Of a stretch of DNA of 64,000 nt, positions 1 to 10,974 are shown piece after piece. Within the stretch, counting starts at the first letter, position 1, and the number at the start of each line of letters is the position of its first letter. A program made the position numbers and the translations under genes. This DNA is from Candidatus Cloacimonadales bacterium (GTDB lineage: Bacteria > Cloacimonadota > Cloacimonadia > Cloacimonadales > JAIOQZ01), in assembly GCA_963662655.2 (NCBI GenBank), contig CAXXTU010000002.1:1600001-1664000 (forward strand). Reading direction: 5' to 3'. The notes under the pieces are model-generated. The model made no database searches and was not told where the DNA came from. It was given only the letters and a program-made list of their open reading frames with translations.

Positions 1-342
1 GCGCTCGATGAAGTCAGTCTCGACGACATCGATATTCTGTTCGTCGAGAACATCGGGAACCTGGTGTGCCCCGCCGAGTTCGATATCGGAGCACACCATG
101 GCGTGCTCCTCCTCAGCGTGACGGAGGGCGAAGACAAACCACTGAAATACCCCCTGGCCTTCCAGGTAACGCACACATGCGTCATCACGAAAACGGACCT
201 CCTGCCCTATCTCGATATCGATATCAAGAGAATTCGCGAGAACATCAAGAAGGTCAATCCCGACATGAGGATCATCGAGTGTTCAACGAAAACTGGAGCA
301 GGATTGGACCCTTGGCTTCGGCTCCTGAATGAAATAGGGTAA
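1..342 (+). CDS. hypB: Hydrogenase nickel-incorporation GTPase HypB, 3' part (5' end outside window)
   Basis: Frame open from base 1: ILFVENIGNLVCPAEFDIG, LSVTEGEDKPLKYP and ITKTDL are HypB motifs. Confidence 0.92.
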   Translation, partial: ALDEVSLDDIDILFVENIGNLVCPAEFDIGAHHGVLLLSVTEGEDKPLKYPLAFQVTHTCVITKTDLLPYLDIDIKRIRENIKKVNPDMRIIECSTKTGAGLDPWLRLLNEIG

Positions 343-706
343 CGCTCATCGGTTCCCTTCATCAATGTTTCTTCCAATATATTCTCGTAGCCAGTTCTCG
401 TCTTGTAGAAAAGCTATCGTTCTCGTATAGTCAAACCATTCGTAGCATGAAAAGGCATTTTTTTTACGAGAATCCCCGCATGGAATTGCGTTAACCATTG
501 CTCATTTTTAGCGACGACCCATTGAACATGATTCTGCGTTGACGCATACATATTCAGAAATCATTCCCAGTGATTTCACCTTACGACAAACGCTATTTAT
601 TGAGCCGTGCTCACTATCTTTCACAAAAGCCCCAGTCAAACTTTTTTGATTGACACGATTCATACAACGACCTCATGTATGGTTATTTACACCAGCTGGA
701 GGTACT

Positions 707-2890
707 ATGGATTCGATTAACCAATCATCGAACAAGTCACGATTGTTCTCTTGGCTATCTCTGGTCGTTATGCTCCTGATGTTCATCCTGGGAATCACCG
801 CTATCGTTCAAACAGGCTCACAAAGCGGCGTTACAGGCTCATTCTCGTCCTCCTTTTCCTGGCTCACACTCTACATTGTCGCTTGCTTAATTGGCCTGGG
901 AATCAACTTCTATTTCATTTTATCGGCATTCGGGAAACAGAAATGCCAGATCAAAACGCTTCACGACGAAGCCTGCGCAATGGCAAAAGCAATAGAATCC
1001 GGCAATCTCTCCTATCGAGCAAATACGCAGAATGTCTGTAGGGAATACCAGGCGATCCTCGAATGCTGCAATATTATCCTCGATACCTACAACGAACCCC
1101 TGAAGCTCATGCAGAGCCACATCGAGAGCATCGCCTCCGGTGAGATTCCGCCCATCATCGAGAAGAAGTACGAAGGCGAACTCGATCTCATCCGGCTCAG
1201 CATCAATAAAGCGACGCGCGTCACGGAGAATCTCCTTTCCGAGGCAAGGCTGCTTATCATCGCTATCAAGGCCGGCAAGCTCGATGTTCGCGGCGACTGG
1301 TCTAAATTCGAGAATCGCTGGGCGAAGCTGATCTACGGCATCAACGAAGTAGTCGAGAACTTCGTTGCGCCGATACAGATCACCTCCGAGAAGATTCTGG
1401 CGATCAGCAAAGGTGAAATCCCCGCGAAGGTGGATCAAGCGTTCGAGGGTGATTTCAATATCCTCATCACCAGCATCAATACCGCTATTGACGGCCTGCA
1501 AGCGCTCAAGAACGCCAAACAAATCCTTCAAAAGGTAGCCGTGAACGATCTCACATCACGGGCTTCAGAGAACTATCATGGGATATTCAACGATATCTCA
1601 CAGGCGGTGAACGAGGTCATCACGAATCTTGTAAGCATTCAACACGTGGCCGAGAACATCTCCGCCGGCAACCTGAAAGACCTCAAGGAATTCAAGAGCA
1701 TCAAGAAGCTGTCCCCAAACGATAAAATTACGCCCTCTTTCCAGGCAATGATCGCCGCGATAAATTCAATGGTCGAAGAGGCCCGTGCGCTCATGCGTGC
1801 AGCCCTGGAAGGAAACCTGAACGAACGTGCCGACCTCGAGCTGTATCAGGGAGAGTTCCGCACGGTCATCAGCGGTATCAACCAGATCATGAACGCAATC
1901 CTCAAGCCCATCGAGGAAGTGATGGAGGTGATGGAACGCATGGCGGAAAAAGAGCTCACATGCCGCGTCGAGGGAAATTATCGCGGAGAGCTCGCGGAGT
2001 TCAAGGACAACGTGAATTTCGCGGCGGAGAATCTCAGGCTTGCCCTTGAGCAGGTTGGAGCATCCGTAATGCAGATCGATTCGGCTTCCATCCAGATATC
2101 CGACGGCGCGCAGAGCCTCGCCCAGGGTGCATCCCAGCAAGCCGAGTCGCTTCATACGGTTACATCCAACGTCAAAGAGATGGATCGCCTTACCCGGCAT
2201 AACAGCGAAAACGCGGACGTGGGCGCAAAACTCTCCCAGGAGACCATCGATAAAGTCGAATCAGGAGCCGAGGCGATGACCCGGATGAACCAGGCCATTT
2301 CGGCAATCGCGCTTTCCTCGGAGGAAACCGGTAAGATACTGAAAACCATCGATGAAATCGCGTTTCAAACCAATCTCTTAGCGCTGAACGCAGCCGTCGA
2401 AGCCGCGCGAGCGGGAACGGCGGGAAAGGGATTCGCCGTTGTCGCGGAAGAGGTTAAGAATCTGGCGCAGCGCAGCGCGGCGGCAGCGCGAGACACCGGT
2501 AAGTTGATCGAGGAATCCAAAATAAACGCGCAGCACGGTGTATCGATTGTGCAGGCGGCGACGGAACAGTTTGTGGAGATCAAAACGAGCATCGAGAAGG
2601 TGAACGGGATCATCCAGCAGGTGAGCGAGATTTCAAAGGCGCAGACAAGCGAGCTGGGCACGATCAACGCTGCGATCAGCGAGCTGAATCAGGTTACCCA
2701 AACCAACGCGGCCAACGCAGAGGAATCTTCCAGCGCTTCGGAGGAATTGCGCAGCCAGGCTCACGAACTCAAGGCGATGGTCGGGCAATTCGACATCCGC
2801 AACTGCAACAAGGAACAAGTCGAAGTAAGAAGACTCCCAGAGCCCGTAAAGAGGTTCTCGAACTACGAGCTCATCGAGCAGGATGAGTAA
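707..2890 (+). CDS. Methyl-accepting chemotaxis protein with 2 TM segments and poly-HAMP linker
   Basis: [38 protein letters not shown] signalling hairpin; GGAGG RBS before ATG 707. Confidence 0.92.
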   Translation: MDSINQSSNKSRLFSWLSLVVMLLMFILGITAIVQTGSQSGVTGSFSSSFSWLTLYIVACLIGLGINFYFILSAFGKQKCQIKTLHDEACAMAKAIESGNLSYRANTQNVCREYQAILECCNIILDTYNEPLKLMQSHIESIASGEIPPIIEKKYEGELDLIRLSINKATRVTENLLSEARLLIIAIKAGKLDVRGDWSKFENRWAKLIYGINEVVENFVAPIQITSEKILAISKGEIPAKVDQAFEGDFNILITSINTAIDGLQALKNAKQILQKVAVNDLTSRASENYHGIFNDISQAVNEVITNLVSIQHVAENISAGNLKDLKEFKSIKKLSPNDKITPSFQAMIAAINSMVEEARALMRAALEGNLNERADLELYQGEFRTVISGINQIMNAILKPIEEVMEVMERMAEKELTCRVEGNYRGELAEFKDNVNFAAENLRLALEQVGASVMQIDSASIQISDGAQSLAQGASQQAESLHTVTSNVKEMDRLTRHNSENADVGAKLSQETIDKVESGAEAMTRMNQAISAIALSSEETGKILKTIDEIAFQTNLLALNAAVEAARAGTAGKGFAVVAEEVKNLAQRSAAAARDTGKLIEESKINAQHGVSIVQAATEQFVEIKTSIEKVNGIIQQVSEISKAQTSELGTINAAISELNQVTQTNAANAEESSSASEELRSQAHELKAMVGQFDIRNCNKEQVEVRRLPEPVKRFSNYELIEQDE

Positions 2891-2896
2891 GAAGCG

Positions 2897-4564
2897 TTAC
2901 TGATAGTTTCTCAGCGCTTCGGCGATATTCAGGGAGTGATCCCCGATGTGTTCGAGATGCCTGAGGAGATCGATATAAAGCAATTCAGCCCGTACATCAG
3001 CGCCTTCGTGGATGCGATTACGGGCTCCTTTTTTCAGCTTGTTCCGGGACTGATCGACCTTCTTCTCAAGCTCCTGCGCGAGGCAGAGTTCATCCTCGCT
3101 AAGGTGGCGAATCATGCGCTCCTGAACGAAGGAGAGGAATCTCACGACGATCTCGGAGAAAGCCCTGATCTCCTCATCCGCTTTCGGATGAAGCTGAATC
3201 TTTTTATGGCGCTTCTTCTCGATGAGTAGTATCAGCCGGAACGCGCTGTCCGCGATGTTTTCCAGCTCATGTACCATACGCAGCATACTGTTGACGTTGT
3301 TCATCGTCTTCTCGCCGCCACCCTCTTCCATACAATGCACAAGGAAGAGCGATATCTGCTCCTGCATCTGGTCGGTATAATCTTCCCGTTGCTTGATCTC
3401 GTCGACCACCTCGCCCATGCGCTTGTCCGGATTATGGAACACTTCCAGGGCGTCGAGAACCATCTTGCCGCTGATTTGAGCCATCTTTTTGATCTCGGAT
3501 TGGGCTTTGAAGAGGTTCATTTGCACGGTGTCCTGCAAACCGGAAGATAGGTAAACCAGCTTGTAGACTCGCGATGCCTCCTCTTTCTTCTCCTTCACCA
3601 GTCGCTTGACGAGTGCGGCGAACGGAGGGATGAACGGGAGGAATATCAATGTATTCGTAATATTGAAAACTGTGTGGAACAGCGAAAGGTTTAGCGGGAG
3701 ATTCTCTTGAAGCGTGGAATCCCACGGCGCGAGCCATGTGACGAACCGGAGAAACGGAAGGAACAGCACCGTCATCCAGAGGACTCCGAACACGTTGAAC
3801 AAGAAGTGCGCTCTAGCTGCTCTCCGGGCGTGCACGTTCGTTCCGATCGACGCCAGATAAGCCGTAATGGTTGTTCCGATGTTCTCGCCCAGGACAATCG
3901 CGGCCGCCGTCGGGAAATCGATCCAGCCCTTGAACGCCATCGTGACCGTCACCGCCATCGCCGCGCTGGACGACTGAACAATGACCGTCAGTACCGTTCC
4001 GACAGCGACAAAAATAACGTACGACCAGAATCCCATGCTCGCGTAGTCCTTCAGGAATTCCAGAACTTCAGGATGATTCTTGATATCCGGCACCGAATCT
4101 TTCAGGAAGGTGAGTCCGAGGAAGAGCAGACCAAAACCAACCAGGATCATTCCGAGATCCTTGCGGCTGTGCTTCTTCGAAAGGATGAATGGGAATCCGA
4201 TACCGATGATGGGGATGGCGATCGCGCTGATCTTGAACTTGAACCCGAAGAAAGAAACGATCCAGGTGGTAACGGTCGTACCGATATTCGCGCCCATGAT
4301 CACGCCGATTGCCTGCTCGAGATTCAACAGCATGGCGTTGACGAAGCTGACGACCATCACCGTCGTTGCTGATGACGATTGCACCAGCGCGGTTATAATG
4401 AAGCCGGTGAACACCGCGACCATGCGATTGCGCGTCATGAAATTCATGATGGACTGCATCCGCTCGCCGGCAAGCTTTTGGATGCCGTCGCTCATGATGC
4501 GCATTCCATAAAGGAATACCCCTAAAGAACCTAACAGATGCAACAACGATACGATAAAACTCAT
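2897..4564 (-). CDS. Na+/phosphate cotransporter with C-terminal PhoU-like domain
   Basis: Two QSSSA repeats (ALVQSSSATTV, IVQSSSAAMA), GANIGTT/GENIGTT, C-terminal HLEHIGDH. Confidence 0.9.
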   Translation of the reverse strand: MSFIVSLLHLLGSLGVFLYGMRIMSDGIQKLAGERMQSIMNFMTRNRMVAVFTGFIITALVQSSSATTVMVVSFVNAMLLNLEQAIGVIMGANIGTTVTTWIVSFFGFKFKISAIAIPIIGIGFPFILSKKHSRKDLGMILVGFGLLFLGLTFLKDSVPDIKNHPEVLEFLKDYASMGFWSYVIFVAVGTVLTVIVQSSSAAMAVTVTMAFKGWIDFPTAAAIVLGENIGTTITAYLASIGTNVHARRAARAHFLFNVFGVLWMTVLFLPFLRFVTWLAPWDSTLQENLPLNLSLFHTVFNITNTLIFLPFIPPFAALVKRLVKEKKEEASRVYKLVYLSSGLQDTVQMNLFKAQSEIKKMAQISGKMVLDALEVFHNPDKRMGEVVDEIKQREDYTDQMQEQISLFLVHCMEEGGGEKTMNNVNSMLRMVHELENIADSAFRLILLIEKKRHKKIQLHPKADEEIRAFSEIVVRFLSFVQERMIRHLSEDELCLAQELEKKVDQSRNKLKKGARNRIHEGADVRAELLYIDLLRHLEHIGDHSLNIAEALRNYQ

Positions 4565-4726
4565 TTCACTCTCCCGAAGCCAAACTTATGTGCTTTGTGT
4601 TAGGAAGCAAACACAACGTCAACAAGAAAATCGTGAAAGGTAGAATGGACTCGACAAGAACTACAGATAAACGCAGGTATAAGTTTATATAAGGGAATCG
4701 TTTTTTTCTGAACAACCCTCGTGAAT

Positions 4727-5407
4727 CTACTCGAACGCGATCAGTTTCCCGGTTGGAATTATAAGATGTCCTAAATGATCCGCAATCTTATGTGCGTCCC
4801 GTTCAAGAAGTTCCCACTCCGATTTCGAATAATCGTCCCGAACCGCGAAGACCTTCATCCCCGCATTGATAGCAGCCAGCACGCCCGCATGAACATCCTC
4901 GAAAACCAGGCAACGCTCCGGCTCCACATTCATGTGGTTCGCGGCGGCCAGGAAGATATCGGGGAACGGTTTCCCACGGAGATCGCCCTCTCCGGCGATA
5001 ATAACATCGAAGAAGTTCAGGATGCCGTTTGCCTTGAGAACCGTTTCCGCCAGAAACTTCGAATTGCTGGTCCCCACCGACATACGGATGTCGTTGTCGT
5101 CGAGAAGCGCCAGCAGCTCCAGCGCGCCGGGCTTCAAGCCAACGTCGTGCTTGTAGTGATGCGCAACCATGTCGGTCCACTCAGCGATGATCTCCTCCGG
5201 CGTCTCCGGGAGTCCGAACTTCGCCTTGAAATAGATCGCGACTTCATAGAAGCTGTTCCCGTCTTCCATATCCTTGAAAAGGTTGTCCGGCACCGCGATA
5301 CCGCGCTTTTCGAGGAACTCCACATCGACCTGCGTCCAGATCCCCATCGAGTCGATGAGCGTTCCGTCCAGATCGAAGATTACCGCGTCGATTATTCTTT
5401 TCATCAT
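4727..5407 (-). CDS. HAD-family phosphatase (beta-PGM/CbbY-like)
   Basis: IFDLDGTLIDS, GKPFPDIF, VFEDVHAG motifs; start overlaps phnE stop. Confidence 0.88.
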   Translation of the reverse strand: MMKRIIDAVIFDLDGTLIDSMGIWTQVDVEFLEKRGIAVPDNLFKDMEDGNSFYEVAIYFKAKFGLPETPEEIIAEWTDMVAHHYKHDVGLKPGALELLALLDDNDIRMSVGTSNSKFLAETVLKANGILNFFDVIIAGEGDLRGKPFPDIFLAAANHMNVEPERCLVFEDVHAGVLAAINAGMKVFAVRDDYSKSEWELLERDAHKIADHLGHLIIPTGKLIAFE

Positions 5408-6396
5408 ATATCCAGTAGTTTTGCTCTGACCTTCCCACTCACCAGGTCCATGAGCCACACGGTGAGAGCAATTAGCCAGATGATTACGCCGACATTGCGC
5501 CAGGCGAGCATTTGCTGCTGCTGCTGAAGCGCGAGTCCGATACCGCCACCGCCAACGAAACCGACGATGGTCGCCATGCGGACGTTGATATCCCAGCGAT
5601 AGATTGTGAATGCCAGAAATGGGGACAGTATCTGCGGGATCACCGCGTACCACCATACCCAGAATCCGCCCGATCCCGTGGCCTTGATCGCCTCGACCGG
5701 TCCTGGATCGATGTTCTCGATCTGCTCGGAATAGAGCTTCGTCAGCGCCGCTACAGAGTGGATCATCAGGGCCAGCATACCGGCGAATGGTCCGATTCCT
5801 ACCCACACGGAGAAAATGATCGCCCATACGATTGCCTCCACCGACCGGAACACCGTGGCGATGGTGCGCACCAGAAGATATACACTATTTCCAAGCCAGG
5901 TGCGGGGCATGAGGTTGCGTGAGGCGAGAAAACTGAAGCCGAACGCGAACGGGATCGCGAATACCGTTGCCAGAAACGCGAGGTAGATGGTCTCCGCAAG
6001 CGCTTTGAGAAGCGGCATGAGCAGCGAAAGGTTCGGCTGGAAGATTCCAGACACGATATGCTGTGCGTTGCCGGCCCGGGTGAAAAACTTGTACGGATCG
6101 ATCTCCACCAGCACCCAGCCAACCACGAACGTCAGCACGACGGAGAGAATGATCGTCCACGAACCGATGCTGCGGAACCAGGAGAGCTCCTTCCTGCCCA
6201 TGATCGTGCGTGTACCCGGGCTGTCGCCAATCGCGTTGAAAACAACCGCCGGAATCCACCCGAACAAAGCGTAATACCATATATCGCCCGAAGGCTGAAA
6301 CCATTTCTGCACGAGGTACGTGATACATCCGCCCAGATAGATCCACAAGAGGATGTCCAGGCCCATTGCCTGGGTTCGTTTCTTCTGACCCTTCAT
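5404..6396 (-). CDS. phnE: Phosphonate/phosphite-type ABC transporter permease
   Basis: KLYSEQIENIDPGPVEAIKATG, YRWDINVRMATIVGFVGGGGIG. Confidence 0.88.
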   Translation of the reverse strand: MKGQKKRTQAMGLDILLWIYLGGCITYLVQKWFQPSGDIWYYALFGWIPAVVFNAIGDSPGTRTIMGRKELSWFRSIGSWTIILSVVLTFVVGWVLVEIDPYKFFTRAGNAQHIVSGIFQPNLSLLMPLLKALAETIYLAFLATVFAIPFAFGFSFLASRNLMPRTWLGNSVYLLVRTIATVFRSVEAIVWAIIFSVWVGIGPFAGMLALMIHSVAALTKLYSEQIENIDPGPVEAIKATGSGGFWVWWYAVIPQILSPFLAFTIYRWDINVRMATIVGFVGGGGIGLALQQQQQMLAWRNVGVIIWLIALTVWLMDLVSGKVRAKLLDI

Positions 6397-7154
6397 CGGA
6401 TTTCCACCTCCTCGGCATCCTCCCCGTATATCGACCGGAACCGCTCGTTATCGACGGTCTTCGGATCGCCGTCGTAAACAATCTGGCCATCCTTGAGCGC
6501 GACAACCCGCGAACCGTACTTACGCGCCAGGCTCAGAAAGTGCAGCGAGCATATCACGGTAATTCCGTCATTCCTGTTCAGCTCGCCCAAGTAGCGCATG
6601 ACCGTATCCGCCGTGGCCGGATCGAGGCTTGCTACCGGCTCGTCCGCCAGAATCAATTGCGGCTCCTGCATCAGCGCTCTAGCTATCGCCACGCGCTGCT
6701 GTTGCCCGCCACTGAGGTTACGCACCTGACGCCTGGCGTAATCGGATAAACCCACGCGCTTCAGCGCTGTTTGCGCTCGTTCGACTTCCGCTCGCTTCCA
6801 TGGAAGAAACAGAGCCCCGAGTCCATCCTGATAACCCAACCGGCCCGTCAGGACGTTGGTCAGAACGCTCAGATTCCGAATCAGATTGAACTGCTGGAAG
6901 ATCATACCGATGCGGTGGCGGATTCTACGCAACTCCTTGCTCCTGGCGGTCTCGACATGCTGGTCGTTGAAAACGATCTCACCGCTGGACGGTTCGATCA
7001 GCCGATTCAAGCAACGGAGCAGTGTTGATTTCCCCGAGCCGGAGAGTCCCAGCAAGATCACAAACTCCCCCGCTTTCACATCGAGGTCGATCCCCTTGAG
7101 GGCGTGCGTGCCATCCGCGTAGTATTTATGTAACGACTTGATTTTTAGCATCAT
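6393..7154 (-). CDS. phnC: Phosphonate-type ABC transporter ATP-binding protein
   Basis: [36 protein letters not shown]. Confidence 0.9.
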   Translation of the reverse strand: MMLKIKSLHKYYADGTHALKGIDLDVKAGEFVILLGLSGSGKSTLLRCLNRLIEPSSGEIVFNDQHVETARSKELRRIRHRIGMIFQQFNLIRNLSVLTNVLTGRLGYQDGLGALFLPWKRAEVERAQTALKRVGLSDYARRQVRNLSGGQQQRVAIARALMQEPQLILADEPVASLDPATADTVMRYLGELNRNDGITVICSLHFLSLARKYGSRVVALKDGQIVYDGDPKTVDNERFRSIYGEDAEEVEIR

Positions 7155-7157
7155 CAG

Positions 7158-8060
7158 CTACTTGATGAAGGATTCCGCCGACAATTGCAACGTTTCGAGC
7201 GTGTTGCGCACAACATCGTAATCGCTGTCGTCAGCAGGCACGAAGCCGTCGATCTCGTACAGGGTCTTGAGAATCTCGTGTCCCTTTTCGTCCTCTGCAA
7301 TCTTTAAAAGCGCCTGAACGATCTGCTGCTTCATCTCTTCCGGGAAATCCACACGGAACGTTACGGTGTCGTTGGGAATCCAATCGGTGAATCCGATGGG
7401 AACAACCTTCTCCATCACGTCGGGACGCGTCTCGAGCACGTGAAGACGGGCATCCTGAGGTTCCCCGTCTTTCGGGGGCGACCAGTAAGTGCACCCGACA
7501 TCCGCGTTTCCTTCGTACACCGCGATGACAGCCTGCGGATGTCCGCCGGTGAAGAAGAATTTTGCCGGTTCGATGCCCTTCTGCTTCAAGAGCGCGGAAG
7601 GATAGATATGCCCGGAGGTCGATGCCGCATCCGTATACGCAACGACCTTACCCGCGATGTCCTCTATCGATTCGATGCCGCTGTCGGCCCGTGCCACAAA
7701 TTCACCCTTGTATTCCTTCAAGCCGTTCCGAACTACCGTCAGACCGACCTGCGCGTTATACTTCTGATTAGCCAGCACATAAGCAAAAGTCGCCAGCCAT
7801 GCCACGTCCGTCTCGCCCGTATTCATCGCTTCAATTACCGCCGCGTAACTGGTTGGAACGCCCACCTTGAAATGAAGACCCGTCTCGGCCTCGAGCAACT
7901 CCGCAATCGCATTCGCGCCCGTTATCACCCGTCCGGCTTCCATCGAAGGAACAAAGTACATCTTTATGGGGTTCCCCTCGGTTCCCAACGCGGCCTTCTC
8001 CCCACCGCATCCCGCGACAAGTAGAACACCCGCTATAATGATCCACGTGATAAATTTCAT
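7158..8060 (-). CDS. phnD: Phosphate/phosphite/phosphonate ABC substrate-binding lipoprotein
   Basis: Lipobox VAGC, SYAAVIEAM, STSGHIYP motif; first gene of phnDCE. Confidence 0.85.
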   Translation of the reverse strand: MKFITWIIIAGVLLVAGCGGEKAALGTEGNPIKMYFVPSMEAGRVITGANAIAELLEAETGLHFKVGVPTSYAAVIEAMNTGETDVAWLATFAYVLANQKYNAQVGLTVVRNGLKEYKGEFVARADSGIESIEDIAGKVVAYTDAASTSGHIYPSALLKQKGIEPAKFFFTGGHPQAVIAVYEGNADVGCTYWSPPKDGEPQDARLHVLETRPDVMEKVVPIGFTDWIPNDTVTFRVDFPEEMKQQIVQALLKIAEDEKGHEILKTLYEIDGFVPADDSDYDVVRNTLETLQLSAESFIK

Positions 8061-8155
8061 GATAACTCCACAAAAAAAATTTCATGACAACAAAACCAAT
8101 CTACACCCAAGCAAGCAAGTTATTTTCTCGTGAATCAAATCCGGGTAATCTACGA

Positions 8156-8289
8156 GGCGCGAGCGGATTTGTTCGATCTCCCTTTTCGCCGTGGTGTTTC
8201 ACGACGGAGTAGTTCTTCATATCATTTTTTGTTTACGGAGTCGTGGTATATCCACGGCGAAAAGGGAGATCGGGCAAAGATGCCGCGCC
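8156..8289 (+). repeat. Family-1 structured hairpin element, copy A
   Basis: GGCGCG-A-GC-GGA-TTTGTTCGAT-CTCCCTTTTCGCC-GTGG-TGTTT-CACGAC...GTCGTG-GTATAT-CCAC-GGCGAAAAGGGAG-ATCGGGCAAA-GAT-GC-CGCGCC. Confidence 0.9.
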
Positions 8290-8445
8290 GGTCGGACACA
8301 GCAAGTAACATAGCTCGCTCTTCTCCCCGTCCTGCTAATCTCGCTAATCCCGTAAATTCTGATTCAAACAATCTCTCCTCGAAACAGAGTAGCGCCTATT
8401 ACGTTTACCCGTTATACTATATTGATATTCACAGGAATCAATAGA

Positions 8446-9177
8446 ATGAAGCACACATTGTATCTATTCACATTATCACTTCTCTCATTCTCGTTTCTCG
8501 CCGGAGAAACGACAGATCGGGATTCGACCAAATCAAGTAACTTCCTGCAAAGCTACGAGGCAACGTACATCATTCCGCTGGCTCTGATTGGCTATGGATT
8601 TATCGCTGTCGAGAGTGAGCAACTGAAGTTTTACAACTACGAGACACGTGAAGAGTTGCAGGAGAACATCGATAGAAAGTTCACCATCGACGATGTATCG
8701 CAGTACGTACCCTTTCTCTCGGTCTACGCGCTGAACGCAATAGGAATCGAGGGGAAAAACCGCTTCAAGAAACGAACCTGCGTCCTCGGCACAGCCTACG
8801 CCATGATGGGCGCAACCGTCCTCAGTCTCAAGAAAATGACCAGCGTCAAGCGGCCCGACGGCTCCTCGCGAAATTCATTTCCATCAGGACACACGGCAAC
8901 CGCTTTCATGGGGGCGGAGTTCGTCTATCAGGAGTACAAAGACGAATCCATCTGGTACGGTGTCTCCGCCTACTTGATTGCTGCGGGAACCGGATTCTTC
9001 AGAATGTACAACAACCGTCATTGGCTTTCGGATGTCTCTGCGGGGGCCGGTATCGGTATGATCTGCACCAAGCTCGCTTACTTGATACACGATGAGATGA
9101 AACTCAGCTCGTACTGCATGGTTGTGCCATACTATGATGCCCGGCACCTGGGCTTCGCGTTCAATATCGGGTATTGA
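8446..9177 (+). CDS. PAP2-family phosphatase
   Basis: KRPDG..SFPSGHTA..RMYNNRHWLSDV motifs; N-terminal signal peptide. Confidence 0.88.
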   Translation: MKHTLYLFTLSLLSFSFLAGETTDRDSTKSSNFLQSYEATYIIPLALIGYGFIAVESEQLKFYNYETREELQENIDRKFTIDDVSQYVPFLSVYALNAIGIEGKNRFKKRTCVLGTAYAMMGATVLSLKKMTSVKRPDGSSRNSFPSGHTATAFMGAEFVYQEYKDESIWYGVSAYLIAAGTGFFRMYNNRHWLSDVSAGAGIGMICTKLAYLIHDEMKLSSYCMVVPYYDARHLGFAFNIGY

Positions 9178-9184
9178 CTTTCTG

Positions 9185-9213
9185 CCTGGGTACGCGGACG
9201 TCCAAGTCTGCAT
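9185..9213 (+). repeat. REP-like palindromic repeat, left copy
   Basis: CCTGGGTACGCGGACGTCCAAGTCTGCAT; 25/29 identical to reverse complement of 9979-10007. Confidence 0.75.
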
Positions 9214-9243
9214 CACTCGGATCGCCAAGCCTTTGTTTGATAA

Positions 9244-9873
9244 TCACTTATTGCTATTACTTTTGCTCTTCTTTGTTTCTGCGGTGTTAGGGAGGGTGAT
9301 TTGCTGAGAGATGTTGAGTTTGCTGATGGTATCGATTATAGTCTTTATATCTTTCTCGATGCTCTTTACTTTAGTAAATACATCGTCTTCTAGCTTTGGA
9401 TGGCGGACTTGATAAACTTGAGTCGCATCTTTGAATGCACCAGATTGTTTGTTAGAACCAGGATTCACTACAGCAATAATAATTGCTTCAAGTTGAGTAA
9501 GGGCTAGATGTGCATCTACATTGTCAATTTCATCCTCATTGGACTTACGCCCAAACCATGAGAATGAGTCCCAGCTATTCGCTAACGGTCCTGTTTTATG
9601 TGATCTCAGTCTCTTAAATATTGTTTGCTTTGTTTTCTTTCCGTTCCACTCTTTTACACCAGCTTGTCCTGCATAAATCAGTTCTCCATCCCGGAATAGA
9701 CAATAGACTCCGATATAATCTCCAAAATTTTCAGGAGTATTCTGCTCATTAATTCTTGGAGCGCCTGGGGTATCGAGTACTGCGCTGGTTTTTCCTAACA
9801 TTGCACCTGAATTTTTCTGCCGTCCCCAGAAAACATCTTTCTCTGACCAGAATAGCCCATAATGTGTAATCAT
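9244..9873 (-). CDS. GIY-YIG-like nuclease (visibly AT-rich gene)
   Basis: GVYCLF...IYAGQAG...IFKRLRSH...LEA...N matches the GIY-YIG/Arg/Glu/Asn layout. Confidence 0.7.
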   Translation of the reverse strand: MITHYGLFWSEKDVFWGRQKNSGAMLGKTSAVLDTPGAPRINEQNTPENFGDYIGVYCLFRDGELIYAGQAGVKEWNGKKTKQTIFKRLRSHKTGPLANSWDSFSWFGRKSNEDEIDNVDAHLALTQLEAIIIAVVNPGSNKQSGAFKDATQVYQVRHPKLEDDVFTKVKSIEKDIKTIIDTISKLNISQQITLPNTAETKKSKSNSNK

Positions 9874-9978
9874 GATGTGCTCCTTTTAGTTTGATAAATG
9901 TATATGTGAATGAATTACCATGATTGTCAATCGAAATATAATTCTATTCATTGAAGCAAACATAGCGAGGCATTGAAA

Positions 9979-10007
9979 ATGCGGACGAGGACGTCCGCGT
10001 TCCCAGG
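9979..10007 (-). repeat. REP-like palindromic repeat, right copy
   Basis: Minus strand CCTGGGAAC-GCGGAC-GTCCTC-GTCCGC-AT hairpin. Confidence 0.75.
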
Positions 10008-10014
10008 GGGATAG

Positions 10015-10047
10015 AAAAAGCCCCCGCTTCGTTTGAAGAGGGGGCTT
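10015..10047 (-). terminator. Intrinsic terminator after rnfB
   Basis: AAGCCCCC.CTTC/GAAG.GGGGGCTT stem followed by T-run on minus strand. Confidence 0.7.
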
Positions 10048-10062
10048 GTGGGAGGTTTATCC

Positions 10063-10956
10063 TTAAGCTTCTTGTTTCTGTTTTTCTTCCAGCGCTTTCT
10101 TGGCTGCCTCTGCCTTGGCCTTGGCCGCAGCTTTCTTCTCGGCACGGATTTCCTTGAGCGGATCGAAGATCGCCCCCGTCGGGCAAACATCCGCGCACAT
10201 ACCGCAGTTGATACACTTGTCGTAGTCGATAACGGCCACATTGTCCACGATGGTAATCGCTTCCTTCGGGCACTTCTTCACGCAGAGCGAACAGCCGATA
10301 CATGCGGTGCCGTTACCGCAGTTCTTCTTCGCCACCGCGCCTTTATCGTGCGACATACACAGCACGTGAACACGCTTCTTCTTGTCGACCAGCTCGATCA
10401 GGTTGCGCGGGCAAGCTTTGACGCAAGCGCCGCAGCCGGTACACTTATCCTTGTCGATAACGCGCATTCCGTTCTCGTCCAGTGAGATCGCGTCGAAGAG
10501 ACATGCCTCGATACAATCGTTCTGGAAGACGCAGCCGAAATCGCAAAGATTCGGGCCGTTCGAGAGCGCGATAGCTGCTTTACAGGTCTTGATGCCTTCG
10601 TATTCGTAGCGGAAGAACGTGTTGTTCTTGCCGCCGCTCTGGCAGTGGATCACCGCAATCTTGGGATCGGCAGCGTCGGCTGTCATTCCCATAATCTGAG
10701 CGATTTTCTCCACCACGTCAGCTCCGCCCGGCGCACACCGATTGATCGCGACACCTTCGCTCACGATCGCTTCGGCGTACCCACCGCAGCCGGGAAGGCC
10801 GCAAGCGCCGCAGTTCGCGCCCGGAAGCGCTTCATTGATTTGTTCGATTTTCGGATCCACTTCAACGTGAAACACACGTGAAGCAAACGCCAGGACCAAT
10901 CCGAAGATCAGACCCAGGCCACCGATGATTGCGATTGGAATGAGTATCATTATCAT
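10063..10956 (-). CDS. rnfB: Rnf complex subunit B (polyferredoxin)
   Basis: [14 protein letters not shown] plus several CxxCxxCxxxCP motifs. Confidence 0.93.
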   Translation of the reverse strand: MIMILIPIAIIGGLGLIFGLVLAFASRVFHVEVDPKIEQINEALPGANCGACGLPGCGGYAEAIVSEGVAINRCAPGGADVVEKIAQIMGMTADAADPKIAVIHCQSGGKNNTFFRYEYEGIKTCKAAIALSNGPNLCDFGCVFQNDCIEACLFDAISLDENGMRVIDKDKCTGCGACVKACPRNLIELVDKKKRVHVLCMSHDKGAVAKKNCGNGTACIGCSLCVKKCPKEAITIVDNVAVIDYDKCINCGMCADVCPTGAIFDPLKEIRAEKKAAAKAKAEAAKKALEEKQKQEA

Positions 10957-10974
10957 ATCTTCACCTCATTTCCA

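Noticed and set aside
650..683. TTGACA -35-like hexamers upstream of several genes (e.g. 650, 38395, 46768)
   Set aside because: No convincing -10 box at a consistent spacing, so individual promoters were not called.
8130..8444. Small ORFs over the hairpin elements (also 20301-20594, 25809-26081, 39459-39800, 38109-38381)
   Set aside because: They are translations of repeat sequence, with no consistent frame or RBS between copies.
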